Notes under the pieces: model-generated
Told to the model about the DNA's origin: nothing
What the model saw: only the letters and a program-made list of their open reading frames with translations
Databases searched by the model: none
From: Candidatus Undinarchaeota archaeon
GTDB taxonomy: Archaea > SpSt-1190 > JASMDC01
Length of the DNA stretch: 64,000 nt
NCBI GenBank assembly: GCA_964519305.1
Contig: CAZFHY010000006.1
Coordinates: forward strand, 86,099-150,098
Reading direction: 5' to 3'
Position numbers and translations under genes: made by a program
Shown here: piece after piece, positions 47,171-56,428 of the stretch
Numbering within the stretch: position 1 is the first letter of the stretch
Layout of the letters: each line of letters opens with the position of its first letter

Positions 47171-48091
47171 TCATTCCTCGGGACGCTCGACCCTCACCTT
47201 CAGGACCTTGCTACCGAAGATGGGGAAGGTCCGTCCGCTCTCGACCTTCAGTTCGTACGCTCCCTGCTCGTCTTTGCCCTTGAAAGTGAGCCTGTCAGTG
47301 GATTCTAGTCGCCACCCGCCGACGTGCCCGTTATTGAACCGTTCCTCAGAATGAACGACCCAGACCTCATCGAGCGCCTCTACGGTCTCGAGCACTTGAC
47401 CAATGGGTGTTGTGTCCCAGTGGTCGATGGGGGGCAGACCGTACCGGCTACCGCCCTTACCGAACACCGGTCTCGGCCTGTCGAGCTTACGTGAGATAGG
47501 GGCATCGGTTATCGTGACGTCGTACGAGGATGTACCCAGGTTCCATCCCATGTGGGCGTCGATGACGGCGTACCGCTCCTCGTGCTCACGAGACTTCATG
47601 ACGAAAGAACCCCACTGCTGGAATGATTGACCCAAGACCGATCCGAGGACCGATGTGTAGTCGGGTAGGGATCCGAAGAACGAGATGTGGTCTACCGAGT
47701 CCATGGCCGCGACCTTGTCCGCCGCATCGGTGGCCGTCGTGTACTCCCAGTGGTCCACCGGTGGGACCTGATAGGGGCCGCCGCCGCCCTGCTTGAAGAC
47801 CGGTCGGGGCGAAGAGAGCTCTATGGTCTCGTCCTTCCCCTCGATGCTTGCCCGTTTTGATATGTAGTACTCGTCACCGAGGTCGTTAAGTGCGGTCTCG
47901 AGCGTCCCCTTCCGGTCGCCATGACAGCGATAGGTCGTCGTGTGAGACTCCCCGGGGGGGCTCCTGAGGACATGTTCCTTTGACAGATAGAGCCCTGGTG
48001 CGGCCTCTTGGAGGTCGGACAGCGCATCAATGAGCGCCTCGCGGTACCCTCCTTCCATCGAATAATCCTTGACCAGGTCCTCAGCGAGCAT
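47171..48091 (-). CDS. hypothetical protein with internal duplication
   Basis: 306 aa; repeated segment RPVFKQGGGGPYQVPPVDHWEYTT / RPVFGKGGSRYGLPPIDHWDTT. Confidence 0.45.
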   Translation of the reverse strand: MLAEDLVKDYSMEGGYREALIDALSDLQEAAPGLYLSKEHVLRSPPGESHTTTYRCHGDRKGTLETALNDLGDEYYISKRASIEGKDETIELSSPRPVFKQGGGGPYQVPPVDHWEYTTATDAADKVAAMDSVDHISFFGSLPDYTSVLGSVLGQSFQQWGSFVMKSREHEERYAVIDAHMGWNLGTSSYDVTITDAPISRKLDRPRPVFGKGGSRYGLPPIDHWDTTPIGQVLETVEALDEVWVVHSEERFNNGHVGGWRLESTDRLTFKGKDEQGAYELKVESGRTFPIFGSKVLKVRVERPEE

Positions 48092-48139
48092 GGGGCGCCC
48101 GGCGTGGTGGCCGATTGATAAACCTTTCGATGGGTCGCG

Positions 48140-50245
48140 CTATCCCACCGAGCCCTTCAAGGAATCCTTGTCCTGGAAGAAGGGATCGACTTCACCCTCA
48201 TCCTCAAGCTCCTCTTCGACCTCCCTCTTCTTGGACAGCGCAGTCATCTTGGCGCTGATGATGTCCACGGGCTTGAGGAGTTTGCCCAGGATATCGATCA
48301 ATACCGAGCCCACTGTCTTCTTTTTTGGCTTCACGGCCTCGCCGCCTTCACCATAGCGAGACACTTGGGCCGCTAGTCGCTCCGCCTCGATTTCTTCGTC
48401 GCTCTTTCGTCGGAAGGTCTTGTATAGGGCATCGCGCATCGGTACTAGCGAACGGGTCAAAGAGCCGAAAATACCCCTGACCTGGGCGACCAGACCGCTC
48501 TCCTCCTCATCGGCCTCCACCATCTCCGCCTCGGCCTCGATCTCCTCCTTGGTCTTCTCCCGCTCGGGTGTGAGGATCGCACGGATCGTAACGACGAGCT
48601 TGTCCACTGGTGCGAACACGGAACCCATGGTCAGCGCGATCCGTTTCAGGATAGTGGGTCCTTGTTGGGTCTCCTCGATCATCGACTCCATTCGGTTCTC
48701 TTCGGCCTTCATACGCTCCATTTCTACTTCTTCTTCTGTCTTCTCCCTGGTCAGGTTGGCTAATCCCTCGGTAATGGGGCGGAACGTCTTGGCAATGGTG
48801 ATGAAAATCCGTCGGAAGTGGAGCTGGAGGGCGGACATCTCTTCCTCTTTAAGGACGTTCCCGAACTCATCCCGCTCGACCTCCTCTTCCTCGGTCAGTG
48901 CTTTGTGCAGAGCCTTGAAGCTTTGTATGAGCCCCTCGAAGGGATGGGTGAGCTTGAACATCAACACCATAATCTTGGCACCGGTCGCGCTGGTCTCCTT
49001 CTCCTCGCTGAGCACCTGGTTGAGCTTCGCGGCCTGCTCACGCTCGGCCTCCAGCGCAGCCTGTTCATCAGGTGTCGGGAAGTACTTGTGCCGAGCTGCT
49101 GTTATCTGTTCAGCCAGTGCATTTGCCCGCGGCCTGATGGTGTGGGTCACTCTCAGGGCGACATTCTTGACCCGTCGACCCACCTTCCTTTGTACGTTCT
49201 GGATTATCTGGAGGCGATGGAGGGCGTTGAGCACATAGATGAGCCCGCCCAACGGCACGAGTGCAACACCGGCGACGATATAGATGGACAGACCGCTCAT
49301 GAACGCGTACACGGTCCCACCTGCGCCGAGCAGCATGACCGCGCTCGACATAGCCAGACCTGTCCGCACCTGACCGCTGTACTCGATCCACATGGCCTCA
49401 CCCGTGGCGTTGAGCGTGTACCGATAGGTGTTCTTCTCGTGACAGTCCTTGATAGAGGGGTAGGCCCGTCCACAGTTCATGCACGTGACGCCACTCACCG
49501 GGACGACGTATGTCTGACAGGAGGGGCAGGCCGAGTAACCCTCCTTCGACGGTTCCGGAACATCACACCCACATGAGGGACAAGTGTGCCGATCCGATAC
49601 AACACCATAGCAATCGCAGAAGTGGGTCGTGGACACCAGTGTCTTGGTGACGCGACCCTTCGCAGTGAGGACCTTGAATATACCGAGAAGCATGCGCGTG
49701 GGGATGTCCCATGTATCCATGGTGATGTACAGTTGGCCGCCGAACTCGTCCACTAGCACATCGTTGGACATGAGGAACGTGAAGGTCTTTCGTTTCAGGT
49801 CCGTGCGGAACCACGACTGCGCTATCTCGTCATAGAGGTTATAGGGCAGGAAGCTTGGATCGAGCGCAATGGCCTGCTTGTAGCACGTGACCGTCTGCTT
49901 GATGGCACCGTAATTGTAGTACGCTCGCCCGAGTAGGTACCATGCATCACCTGACTCTTGGTCCTGTTGGATCGCATTGTTCAGCGCGTTGATGGCGTCC
50001 AAGGGCTTATTGGCCTCGATGAAGGCATTACCAAGTGCGTTCCATGCTTCGACGAATTCAGGGGTCAGGTCGACGGCCGCCTGGAACGCCTCGATAGCTT
50101 TGGGATAGTCCTGCTTGCTCATTAAGTCCTGGCCGGCGGAATATTTGGTCTTGGCATAGGTGGTGTCCTTCGTGGCCTCATCGCGGTAGTACTTATAGGC
50201 GCTCTTCCCGCCCTCGGCCGGTACCGCTTGGTTCGCTTGGTCCAT
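48140..50245 (-). CDS. TPR-repeat membrane protein with zinc ribbons and C-terminal coiled coil
   Basis: 701 aa; N-terminal TPR motifs, CPSCGC...CPSCQ...CMNCG, TM helices, long charged helical tail. Confidence 0.6.
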   Translation of the reverse strand: MDQANQAVPAEGGKSAYKYYRDEATKDTTYAKTKYSAGQDLMSKQDYPKAIEAFQAAVDLTPEFVEAWNALGNAFIEANKPLDAINALNNAIQQDQESGDAWYLLGRAYYNYGAIKQTVTCYKQAIALDPSFLPYNLYDEIAQSWFRTDLKRKTFTFLMSNDVLVDEFGGQLYITMDTWDIPTRMLLGIFKVLTAKGRVTKTLVSTTHFCDCYGVVSDRHTCPSCGCDVPEPSKEGYSACPSCQTYVVPVSGVTCMNCGRAYPSIKDCHEKNTYRYTLNATGEAMWIEYSGQVRTGLAMSSAVMLLGAGGTVYAFMSGLSIYIVAGVALVPLGGLIYVLNALHRLQIIQNVQRKVGRRVKNVALRVTHTIRPRANALAEQITAARHKYFPTPDEQAALEAEREQAAKLNQVLSEEKETSATGAKIMVLMFKLTHPFEGLIQSFKALHKALTEEEEVERDEFGNVLKEEEMSALQLHFRRIFITIAKTFRPITEGLANLTREKTEEEVEMERMKAEENRMESMIEETQQGPTILKRIALTMGSVFAPVDKLVVTIRAILTPEREKTKEEIEAEAEMVEADEEESGLVAQVRGIFGSLTRSLVPMRDALYKTFRRKSDEEIEAERLAAQVSRYGEGGEAVKPKKKTVGSVLIDILGKLLKPVDIISAKMTALSKKREVEEELEDEGEVDPFFQDKDSLKGSVG

Positions 50246-50307
50246 CTTATCTCCCTGACTTTCCGTATTCGTTCCTCTAACTATCCGTTGCGTATTGCCT
50301 TTGGTAA

Positions 50308-50320
50308 CCTTTAAAAAACT
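50308..50320 (+). promoter_or_regulatory. BRE/TATA-like element (cctttaaaaaact)
   Basis: About 25-30 nt upstream of the SUI1 start. Confidence 0.35.
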
Positions 50321-50343
50321 ACAATGGGGAATAACTACTGCAA

Positions 50344-50652
50344 GTGGCCGATATATGTAAGGTCTGTGGACTGCCTGAGGACCTTTGTGTCTGCGAGGCG
50401 ATCGCGAAGGAGACCCAGAAGATCACCGTGAAAACGGTGACCCGGCGTTATGGGAAGAAGATTACGATAATAGAGGGTATTGAAGGCAAGCACATCGATA
50501 CAAAGCAGCTTGCCAAGAAGCTGAAGTCCTACCTTGCTTGCGGAGGCACTCTGAAAAAGGATTCTATCGAACTCCAGGGTGCACAGGCACGCAAGGCGAA
50601 GGAGGCCCTCATCAAGTTCGGCTTCACCCCAGAGTCGGTCGTGGTGACCTAG
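50344..50652 (+). CDS. translation initiation factor SUI1 (aSUI1/eIF1 homolog) with N-terminal zinc ribbon
   Basis: 102 aa; CKVCG...CVC then SUI1-fold region (KITVKTVTRRYGKKITIIEGI...ACGGT); GTG start. Confidence 0.85.
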   Translation: MADICKVCGLPEDLCVCEAIAKETQKITVKTVTRRYGKKITIIEGIEGKHIDTKQLAKKLKSYLACGGTLKKDSIELQGAQARKAKEALIKFGFTPESVVVT

Positions 50653-50706
50653 TAACTCTACAGGTATCCACGGCAGCTGGTCTATCCTACGTCCTAGGAA
50701 CGGCTA

Positions 50707-51780
50707 TCATCTGAACAATGGGAAGAGCGACAGCGCCACCTCGAACGGATCGGTGGTGATGATGCTCGATCCGTACAGCTCCATTGCGGCGACGTCGGAG
50801 CTGCGATGGGAAGGGTCACCCCGGTCCACCAAACGCACTACTACCGGGAATCCCTCCCATCGCGGATCATCGGACGGCGGAATCGCAATAGCGAGGTTGA
50901 ATGACCGGGTACCGAGCTTATGGAGATGATGGTCGAGCACCTTGAACACCGCTTCTTTCAGGTCGTCAGTTATCGTTGGGGACAGGAGTATGACCTCACG
51001 TTCCTTGATGGGTGTGAGGTTCACGAGCACCCGCACACCCCGCCACTCGCGACCTAGATCCAGCGTACACTGGAGCTCAGACAGGTCATCGAAATAGTCG
51101 GTGCCGTGCGCTTCCCGATAGCGAGCTGCAGCAGCCCGTAGGTGTTCCACGCGAGCGTAGTGGAGCCCTCTGGTGCACACGACCTGGGCATGCCCGTGAG
51201 TGATGGATGCTCCGCCCTTCCAGAGGCAGTTCCAGATTATTAACACGTTCTGAGCATCCGGATCGAGCTGCCTGCACCGATCGGCCCAGGCGAGAGCGCA
51301 GTCGATGTAGTCGGCCACCCTCTCAGAAGAGATGTGGAGGGGATCGTGCTCGTCGAACACGATCAGACCATGGTAACCGTCGTACTTGGCGATGTTCGAG
51401 GCCGTGACGCAATGCTTGCCTTTCACTCGCCCGAACGGATCCTCGGGAGTGAGCTCAAGGGGTGTGCAAAAGGGTCCTCCGCTGCTTCCGGTCACCTCAT
51501 CCGACACGTCCCCATGGGGCTTGGCGTCAAGTGGGCGATGGGCTCGCAGGGGATTGAACAACGAGCCTTCACCCACCACGGTGTTCATCACGTGAACGAT
51601 GGGCTGCGACGTCACAGCTTCAATGCTCCCGAACCGGTCCACCACCCACTCCTCCATCGGGGGAGGTACGCTCAGGGCTCCCGTGGATGATCGCACATCA
51701 AAGATGCGCTCCCACCGCGCACGGTTGTCGGCTGACAACCGTTCGACGAGCTCTGGAAGATCGAGGACGGTGACGGTCAT
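50707..51780 (-). CDS. GalT-like HIT-superfamily nucleotidyltransferase
   Basis: 357 aa; HxHxQ signature (GASITHGHAQVV) and Cys/His cluster. Confidence 0.5.
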   Translation of the reverse strand: MTVTVLDLPELVERLSADNRARWERIFDVRSSTGALSVPPPMEEWVVDRFGSIEAVTSQPIVHVMNTVVGEGSLFNPLRAHRPLDAKPHGDVSDEVTGSSGGPFCTPLELTPEDPFGRVKGKHCVTASNIAKYDGYHGLIVFDEHDPLHISSERVADYIDCALAWADRCRQLDPDAQNVLIIWNCLWKGGASITHGHAQVVCTRGLHYARVEHLRAAAARYREAHGTDYFDDLSELQCTLDLGREWRGVRVLVNLTPIKEREVILLSPTITDDLKEAVFKVLDHHLHKLGTRSFNLAIAIPPSDDPRWEGFPVVVRLVDRGDPSHRSSDVAAMELYGSSIITTDPFEVALSLFPLFR

Positions 51781-51830
51781 ATCCTCGATGGAGCCTAGGA
51801 GGTTTTTATGTGTTGGCGCCCCGGTCGCCG

Positions 51831-52130
51831 ATGAAATCCTTTAATTTCTTGGCGTTGATGAGCAGGTCTATGGATGAGATCCCGATAGCCGCCATAGGCG
51901 AGAAGGCCAAGGACACTCTCAGGCAGGAGACCAGACGCTTCCTGGAGATCGACCGGGAGGTCAACCAGGCTTTCCTGTTCGGCTTCATGGCCGGGGGACT
52001 CCTGGGGATCGCGATTGGCTACACCCTGCATGAGCTCGAGATCCAGCAGGATGTCGAGACCGCCAGCCAGTTCTCGTACGAGGACGTGGCGGAGGACATC
52101 AAGGACCGGCTCCGCACGGCTCTGCAGTAG
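51831..52130 (+). CDS. small hypothetical membrane protein
   Basis: ORF track 51810-52130 (TTG); ATG at 51831 (MKSF) preferred; one hydrophobic helix. Confidence 0.3.
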   Translation: MKSFNFLALMSRSMDEIPIAAIGEKAKDTLRQETRRFLEIDREVNQAFLFGFMAGGLLGIAIGYTLHELEIQQDVETASQFSYEDVAEDIKDRLRTALQ

Positions 52131-52261
52131 TGTCGTCGTCAGAACTTAAGTCCACTGCTCGGCCTAAGCATCACAGGTCCTGCTGTCATGCACTCCTATG
52201 TAGGATCGCTATATAGCGTCAAGGCTATGAACTAGTGGAATGCGCGTGATAGAATGATCGC

Positions 52262-52903
52262 TCACCAGCCGCCTTCGCTGTCGCTCCATCCCTCGCTGGA
52301 TTCGTTCCCCCAGCTCTGCTGCTGCTCGGCCGGTTGTTCCTGAGGAGCGCTCTCCTGCGGCGGGGGTGCGGGTGCCTGCTCCGTCTGGGGGTATTCTGCC
52401 CCTGGGACTCCTTGTTCGCTTTCCTGGTCGGACTGGCCCTTGTACTGATCGAGCTTCCCCTCTTCGGCCTTTCGTGCCTCGGCCCGCTCCTGGATGGAGA
52501 GCACCACGAAGATGACCATCCCGACGAGGGAGCCGAAGAACGTACCGATGCAAACGAAGAACATCTTACCAGTCGAACCGTCCCACTGGTTGCTCGCTCG
52601 GACGCAGGCCTGCTCGGTCAGTTGTGGTGTGGTGACTCCGTTGAGATCGGTACATGAACCCTCCCACAACTGCGCCAATGTGTCGGTGAGGGTCCAGCAA
52701 TCGGGATCGTTCTCCTTTGTGCACTCTTCCGGACACTTACCGTCGTTCTGCGGCTGACATGCAGCAGGCGGACCGCCGCTGTCACCGGTATCGCCCCACT
52801 CTTCCCAGTCATCCTGAGCAGCGACCCCTATCAGAAGGAGTGTAATTAGGACGAACGCAAGAGTATATCGGCGGTCCATATGATGAAGGAAGGACGTCAT
52901 CAA
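52262..52903 (-). CDS. secreted/membrane-anchored Cys-rich protein with acidic Gln-rich cytoplasmic tail
   Basis: 213 aa; signal peptide, Cys-rich ectodomain, TM helix, tail rich in E/Q/P. Confidence 0.45.
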   Translation of the reverse strand: MMTSFLHHMDRRYTLAFVLITLLLIGVAAQDDWEEWGDTGDSGGPPAACQPQNDGKCPEECTKENDPDCWTLTDTLAQLWEGSCTDLNGVTTPQLTEQACVRASNQWDGSTGKMFFVCIGTFFGSLVGMVIFVVLSIQERAEARKAEEGKLDQYKGQSDQESEQGVPGAEYPQTEQAPAPPPQESAPQEQPAEQQQSWGNESSEGWSDSEGGW

Positions 52904-52924
52904 TTATAAAAACGTGTTCCTAGG

Positions 52925-54073
52925 CTAAGGTCCGCCCTTTACCGGCAGGGGCGTACATCGCTTCTCCAATATGCTCCAATCGGTCGTTAGAGGTGTGATG
53001 ATGGGTGCCGGACGTGAGGATATCACGCTCCGGATCTCGGCTGCCCGGTCAGCGCTCACCGGATGGGTCGAGGCCACCTCCATGACGTCCTCTAGTATAG
53101 TGTCGTCCGCTGCCAGACGATCGAAGAACCGGGGCAGACCGTCAGGATCGAGCTTAGCAGCATAGAGTATCTCCAAGCCTCCATCGTCCGCTTCCCGCTC
53201 CTGCTCCCTACTGAACGCAAGGGCGGAGAGATCGCCCGCGAGGGGTGCCAACTCCACTATGTCCGAGTCGGTCCCGCTCATGATGATCGCCACCATGATC
53301 CCGATGCCCGCGTTAGCGACCACGTTCCGCAGACCGTGGCGTCCGGTGACGTGGGCCATCTCGTGGCCGAGCACCCCTGCGACCTCATGAGGATCGTCGG
53401 TGGCGTTAAGGAGTCCGTAGGTCACGAACATCCGTCCTCCCGGAAGAGCGAACGCGTTCACCATCTTGGTATCGATGATGGTGAAGTTGAAGGTATATGG
53501 CTGGTCGCCCGATGCTGTCACGAGCCGATCGGTGACCTCCGCGAGGGCGGCATTAAGCTCCGTGTTCTTGCACTCGCGATAATTACGGGTTATATCCCCG
53601 GCGGCAGTGGCCCCGAGCGATTCTTCCCAGTCGACCGGGATCCTGTCAACAGCCATATCGAGGAGGATAGGGACGCCGGCATAGATACCTGCGAGGATGA
53701 CAACGATGAATAGGAGGAACAGGGCCAACATCACCTTCTGCCCGGAAGAGTGCGCCTCCTTAACTGATGCCAGCTTATTGATCCGCTTGATAACCGAGGG
53801 ATGTGCGCCCGAGCGCCTGACGATATCGGGGAGGGAATCCTCATTGACGTAGAGGAGGAGGTCATTTCCCAGGGCATGACCCTTGAACACCCAGAACTCG
53901 TCATCGGGCCCAAGCTCCATAGTGACCGATCCGTACGTGAGCCGAACGGGCCCCTGGTCCTTCACGGTGATCTCGATGGCCGATGGGAGGAATCGCACTC
54001 TCACTGGAGTCGACTCACCCTTCTTCCCCAGACCGAACAAGGTGGCCGGGAGCTCGCTACGGGGCTCGGCCAT
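52925..54073 (-). CDS. M48-family zinc metalloprotease (HtpX-like)
   Basis: 382 aa; HEXXH motif (HEMAHVTGRHG), TM helix. Confidence 0.7.
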   Translation of the reverse strand: MAEPRSELPATLFGLGKKGESTPVRVRFLPSAIEITVKDQGPVRLTYGSVTMELGPDDEFWVFKGHALGNDLLLYVNEDSLPDIVRRSGAHPSVIKRINKLASVKEAHSSGQKVMLALFLLFIVVILAGIYAGVPILLDMAVDRIPVDWEESLGATAAGDITRNYRECKNTELNAALAEVTDRLVTASGDQPYTFNFTIIDTKMVNAFALPGGRMFVTYGLLNATDDPHEVAGVLGHEMAHVTGRHGLRNVVANAGIGIMVAIIMSGTDSDIVELAPLAGDLSALAFSREQEREADDGGLEILYAAKLDPDGLPRFFDRLAADDTILEDVMEVASTHPVSADRAAEIRSVISSRPAPIITPLTTDWSILEKRCTPLPVKGGP

Positions 54074-54114
54074 TGCTATCCCGAGGGACGCCGAACGTTA
54101 AGTATGTTGCGCCG

Positions 54115-55578
54115 CTATGAGCTTTCCAGCAGTCCGGTCTGACGGTTGAAGTCCTCGATGAGCTCATCGTACCGCTCGCCCATGTGCCATCGGTCCGGCC
54201 AGTAGTTCGGATCGTTCCACTGGGCATTGAGTTCGGCAAGGTCCTTTCCCTGCTGCTCGATCCACGTGAAGTACTTGAGATTGTGGATGCGCTTGCGGTC
54301 GTAGTGCCCGAGTTCCTTCATGAAGTCCGTCTTGATACCATGTATGTCCCTGTGGAAGGCCAATATAGCGTCGTCGCGGGTGAATGGTCCGTTCTGCGCA
54401 TTCTGTTCCTCGAGACGTGAGCCGTACATCCCCATGGAGTCGGTAAAGATGGTGAAGAGGACATCGCTCTCGCCCAGTTCGAAGTACTTGGCGGCCTTGA
54501 TGCACGTCATCATATTGCTGATCGAGGATATACCTAGCAGAGGGAGCTTGTCGATGAGCTCTTGGGAGACACCTTGATCCACAAGGTATTTCTTGCCAGC
54601 CTCCTCGTTGAACAGACGCATGGCGTTCATCACCGGAGCATCGTCCATGGCGACGATCATGTCCGTGTTCTTAACGTTGTGCACCCATGGGACGTGTTTG
54701 TCACCGATACCCTCGATCCGGTGAGCACCGAAACCGTTCATGAGCAGGGTGGGGCACTGGAGGGCCTCGCTGGCGACGACCTTGGACGTGGGGTATCGCT
54801 CCTTTAGATACTCTCCGGCACCGATGGTACCAGCGGACCCGGTCGCGACGCAATAGCCAAAGTACCTGTCGCCGGTGCGCATCTCCTTCTTCAGCACTTC
54901 CTCGATCGCGTGACCCGTGACCTCGTAGTGCCAGAGGGGATTGCCGGGCTCATCGAACTGGTTGAAGATGGTCAGGGCATCCCCGCTACGCCTGAGCTCC
55001 CAGCATTTATCATAGATCTCCTTGACGTTGGACTCGCACCCGGGCGTGGCGATGACCTCGCTACCTATGGACTTGAGCCACTCGAACCGTTCCTTGCTCA
55101 TCTCCTCGGGGAGGATGGCCACCGAGTGGCAACCCATGAGGGATGACACGTACGCTCCCCCTCGACAGTAGTTTCCTGTGGAAGGCCATACTGCTTTCTC
55201 GTTGATGGGATCGAACTCACCTGTGACCAGGCGGGGGGCCAAGCACCCATAGGCCGCTCCGACCTTGTGGGCACCGGTTGGGAACCATTTACCGACCAAG
55301 GCGATGATCCTAGCGTCGACACCTGTGAGCTCAGAGGGCATCTCTAGATAATTAACGCCATTGAATCCGCCGGTCGACATGTCGTTCTTCCAGGATATTC
55401 GGAAAAGGTTACGTGAGTCCACGTCCCAGAGCCCGATGTCCTTCAGTTTCTGTGCTATCTTGTCAGGCACGAGCTCGGGATTCTTCATCTGCTTGAAGGT
55501 AGGGAGGATGATGTTGCGCTCCCGGAATCTCTCGATGGTCCTTTTGACCTGCTTCTCGTCGATTGTGATGTCCAGCAT
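54115..55578 (-). CDS. PLP-dependent fold-type II enzyme (tryptophan synthase beta / cysteine synthase-like superfamily)
   Basis: 487 aa; putative PLP-lysine region FPTGAHKVGAAYGCL and S/T-G-N motif (PSTGNYCRGGAYVSS); specific function not assignable. Confidence 0.5.
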   Translation of the reverse strand: MLDITIDEKQVKRTIERFRERNIILPTFKQMKNPELVPDKIAQKLKDIGLWDVDSRNLFRISWKNDMSTGGFNGVNYLEMPSELTGVDARIIALVGKWFPTGAHKVGAAYGCLAPRLVTGEFDPINEKAVWPSTGNYCRGGAYVSSLMGCHSVAILPEEMSKERFEWLKSIGSEVIATPGCESNVKEIYDKCWELRRSGDALTIFNQFDEPGNPLWHYEVTGHAIEEVLKKEMRTGDRYFGYCVATGSAGTIGAGEYLKERYPTSKVVASEALQCPTLLMNGFGAHRIEGIGDKHVPWVHNVKNTDMIVAMDDAPVMNAMRLFNEEAGKKYLVDQGVSQELIDKLPLLGISSISNMMTCIKAAKYFELGESDVLFTIFTDSMGMYGSRLEEQNAQNGPFTRDDAILAFHRDIHGIKTDFMKELGHYDRKRIHNLKYFTWIEQQGKDLAELNAQWNDPNYWPDRWHMGERYDELIEDFNRQTGLLESS

Positions 55579-56008
55579 GGGTGGGATCCCCTACCCGCCA
55601 GTGCGGGTCGGAGGGGATGACAGTGTTAACTATAAATGGGTTTTGCCCGGGCTGGTCCGACGGGCGTTCACCACCTCGGGACCATCCCCAATGGGGCCTT
55701 TTCATATGATACTTCCACCATGTCGGGCGCCACGTGCGATATGGGGGAACGGGAAATGATTCCGACATGGTCGTATGGAGGAAGTTTTCATGAGAATACG
55801 AAATCGCACGCAGGAACCTTAATCCTCGGTTTTACGGATGATTATCAAATAAATATTTACTAATCGTAATATTAACTAATAATATTTGTAATGACTGTAG
55901 TAATATGCTTGTTTACGGCTGGGGGGCGATAATTGACCGAATAAAGGACTGGCTTTCCGTGTCACGATTAGCGTTAAAAACGGGATAAGAGGCCCCAATA
56001 AAGCAAAT

Positions 56009-56020
56009 CAATTTAAAGGA
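56009..56020 (+). promoter_or_regulatory. TATA-box-like element (aatttaaagg) upstream of MC1 gene
   Basis: About 35 nt upstream of ATG 56051 within a long AT-rich intergenic region. Confidence 0.4.
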
Positions 56021-56050
56021 AAACGCTATCGGGGGGTGCAGTGTGATATC

Positions 56051-56323
56051 ATGGCTGGAAATGTCAAGTACTTTGTTCTGCAGCAGAACGGTAAGGACAG
56101 CAACCACGTCTTCTCCGGCAAGCAGCCCCGTGCTGCCGCCCTGAAGGCTGCCGCTCGCGGCTTCAAGAAGATCGAGCTCCGAGAGCGCGGTGCAAAGCGC
56201 ATCCACATCTTCGAGGGCACTGTGAAGGTCGTTGACGCGCCTCCGAATGCCCCCTCCTGGATGCCGGCGAAGGTCAAGAAGGCCAACGTCAAGAAGCTCG
56301 GCATCAAGCGCCTCGACAAGTAA
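56051..56323 (+). CDS. archaeal chromosomal protein MC1
   Basis: ORF track 56036-56323 (GTG); FSGKQPRAAALKAAARG...LRERGAKRIHIFEG...VDAPPNAPSWMPAKV matches MC1 family as remembered; ATG 56051 preferred. Confidence 0.8.
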   Translation: MAGNVKYFVLQQNGKDSNHVFSGKQPRAAALKAAARGFKKIELRERGAKRIHIFEGTVKVVDAPPNAPSWMPAKVKKANVKKLGIKRLDK

Positions 56324-56345
56324 AACCGAGACGCAAGGTTGCATT

Positions 56346-56397
56346 GGGGGTCGGGTCCGCCCGGCCCCCTTCCTTGTTTTTTTTTCTTATCTGCTCC
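56346..56397 (+). terminator. GC hairpin followed by T9 tract downstream of MC1 gene
   Basis: gggggtcggg tccg cccggccccc (10-bp stem, one mismatch) then ttgttttttttt at 56386-56397. Confidence 0.5.
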
Positions 56398-56428
56398 CTG
56401 TCCTACTTGCTGTTAGGACATCGCGTTC

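Noticed and set aside
46361-47308. 315-aa Arg/Gly-rich ORF
   Set aside because: Alternative frame across the CcdA-like gene with shadow-type composition
55636-55863. 75-aa plus-strand ORF in the MC1 upstream intergenic region
   Set aside because: Spans AT-rich promoter-like sequence with implausible composition; likely noncoding
55579-56050. Replication origin in the long AT-rich intergenic region
   Set aside because: No orc1/cdc6 gene or recognisable ORB repeats in the window; kept only as an AT-rich regulatory island
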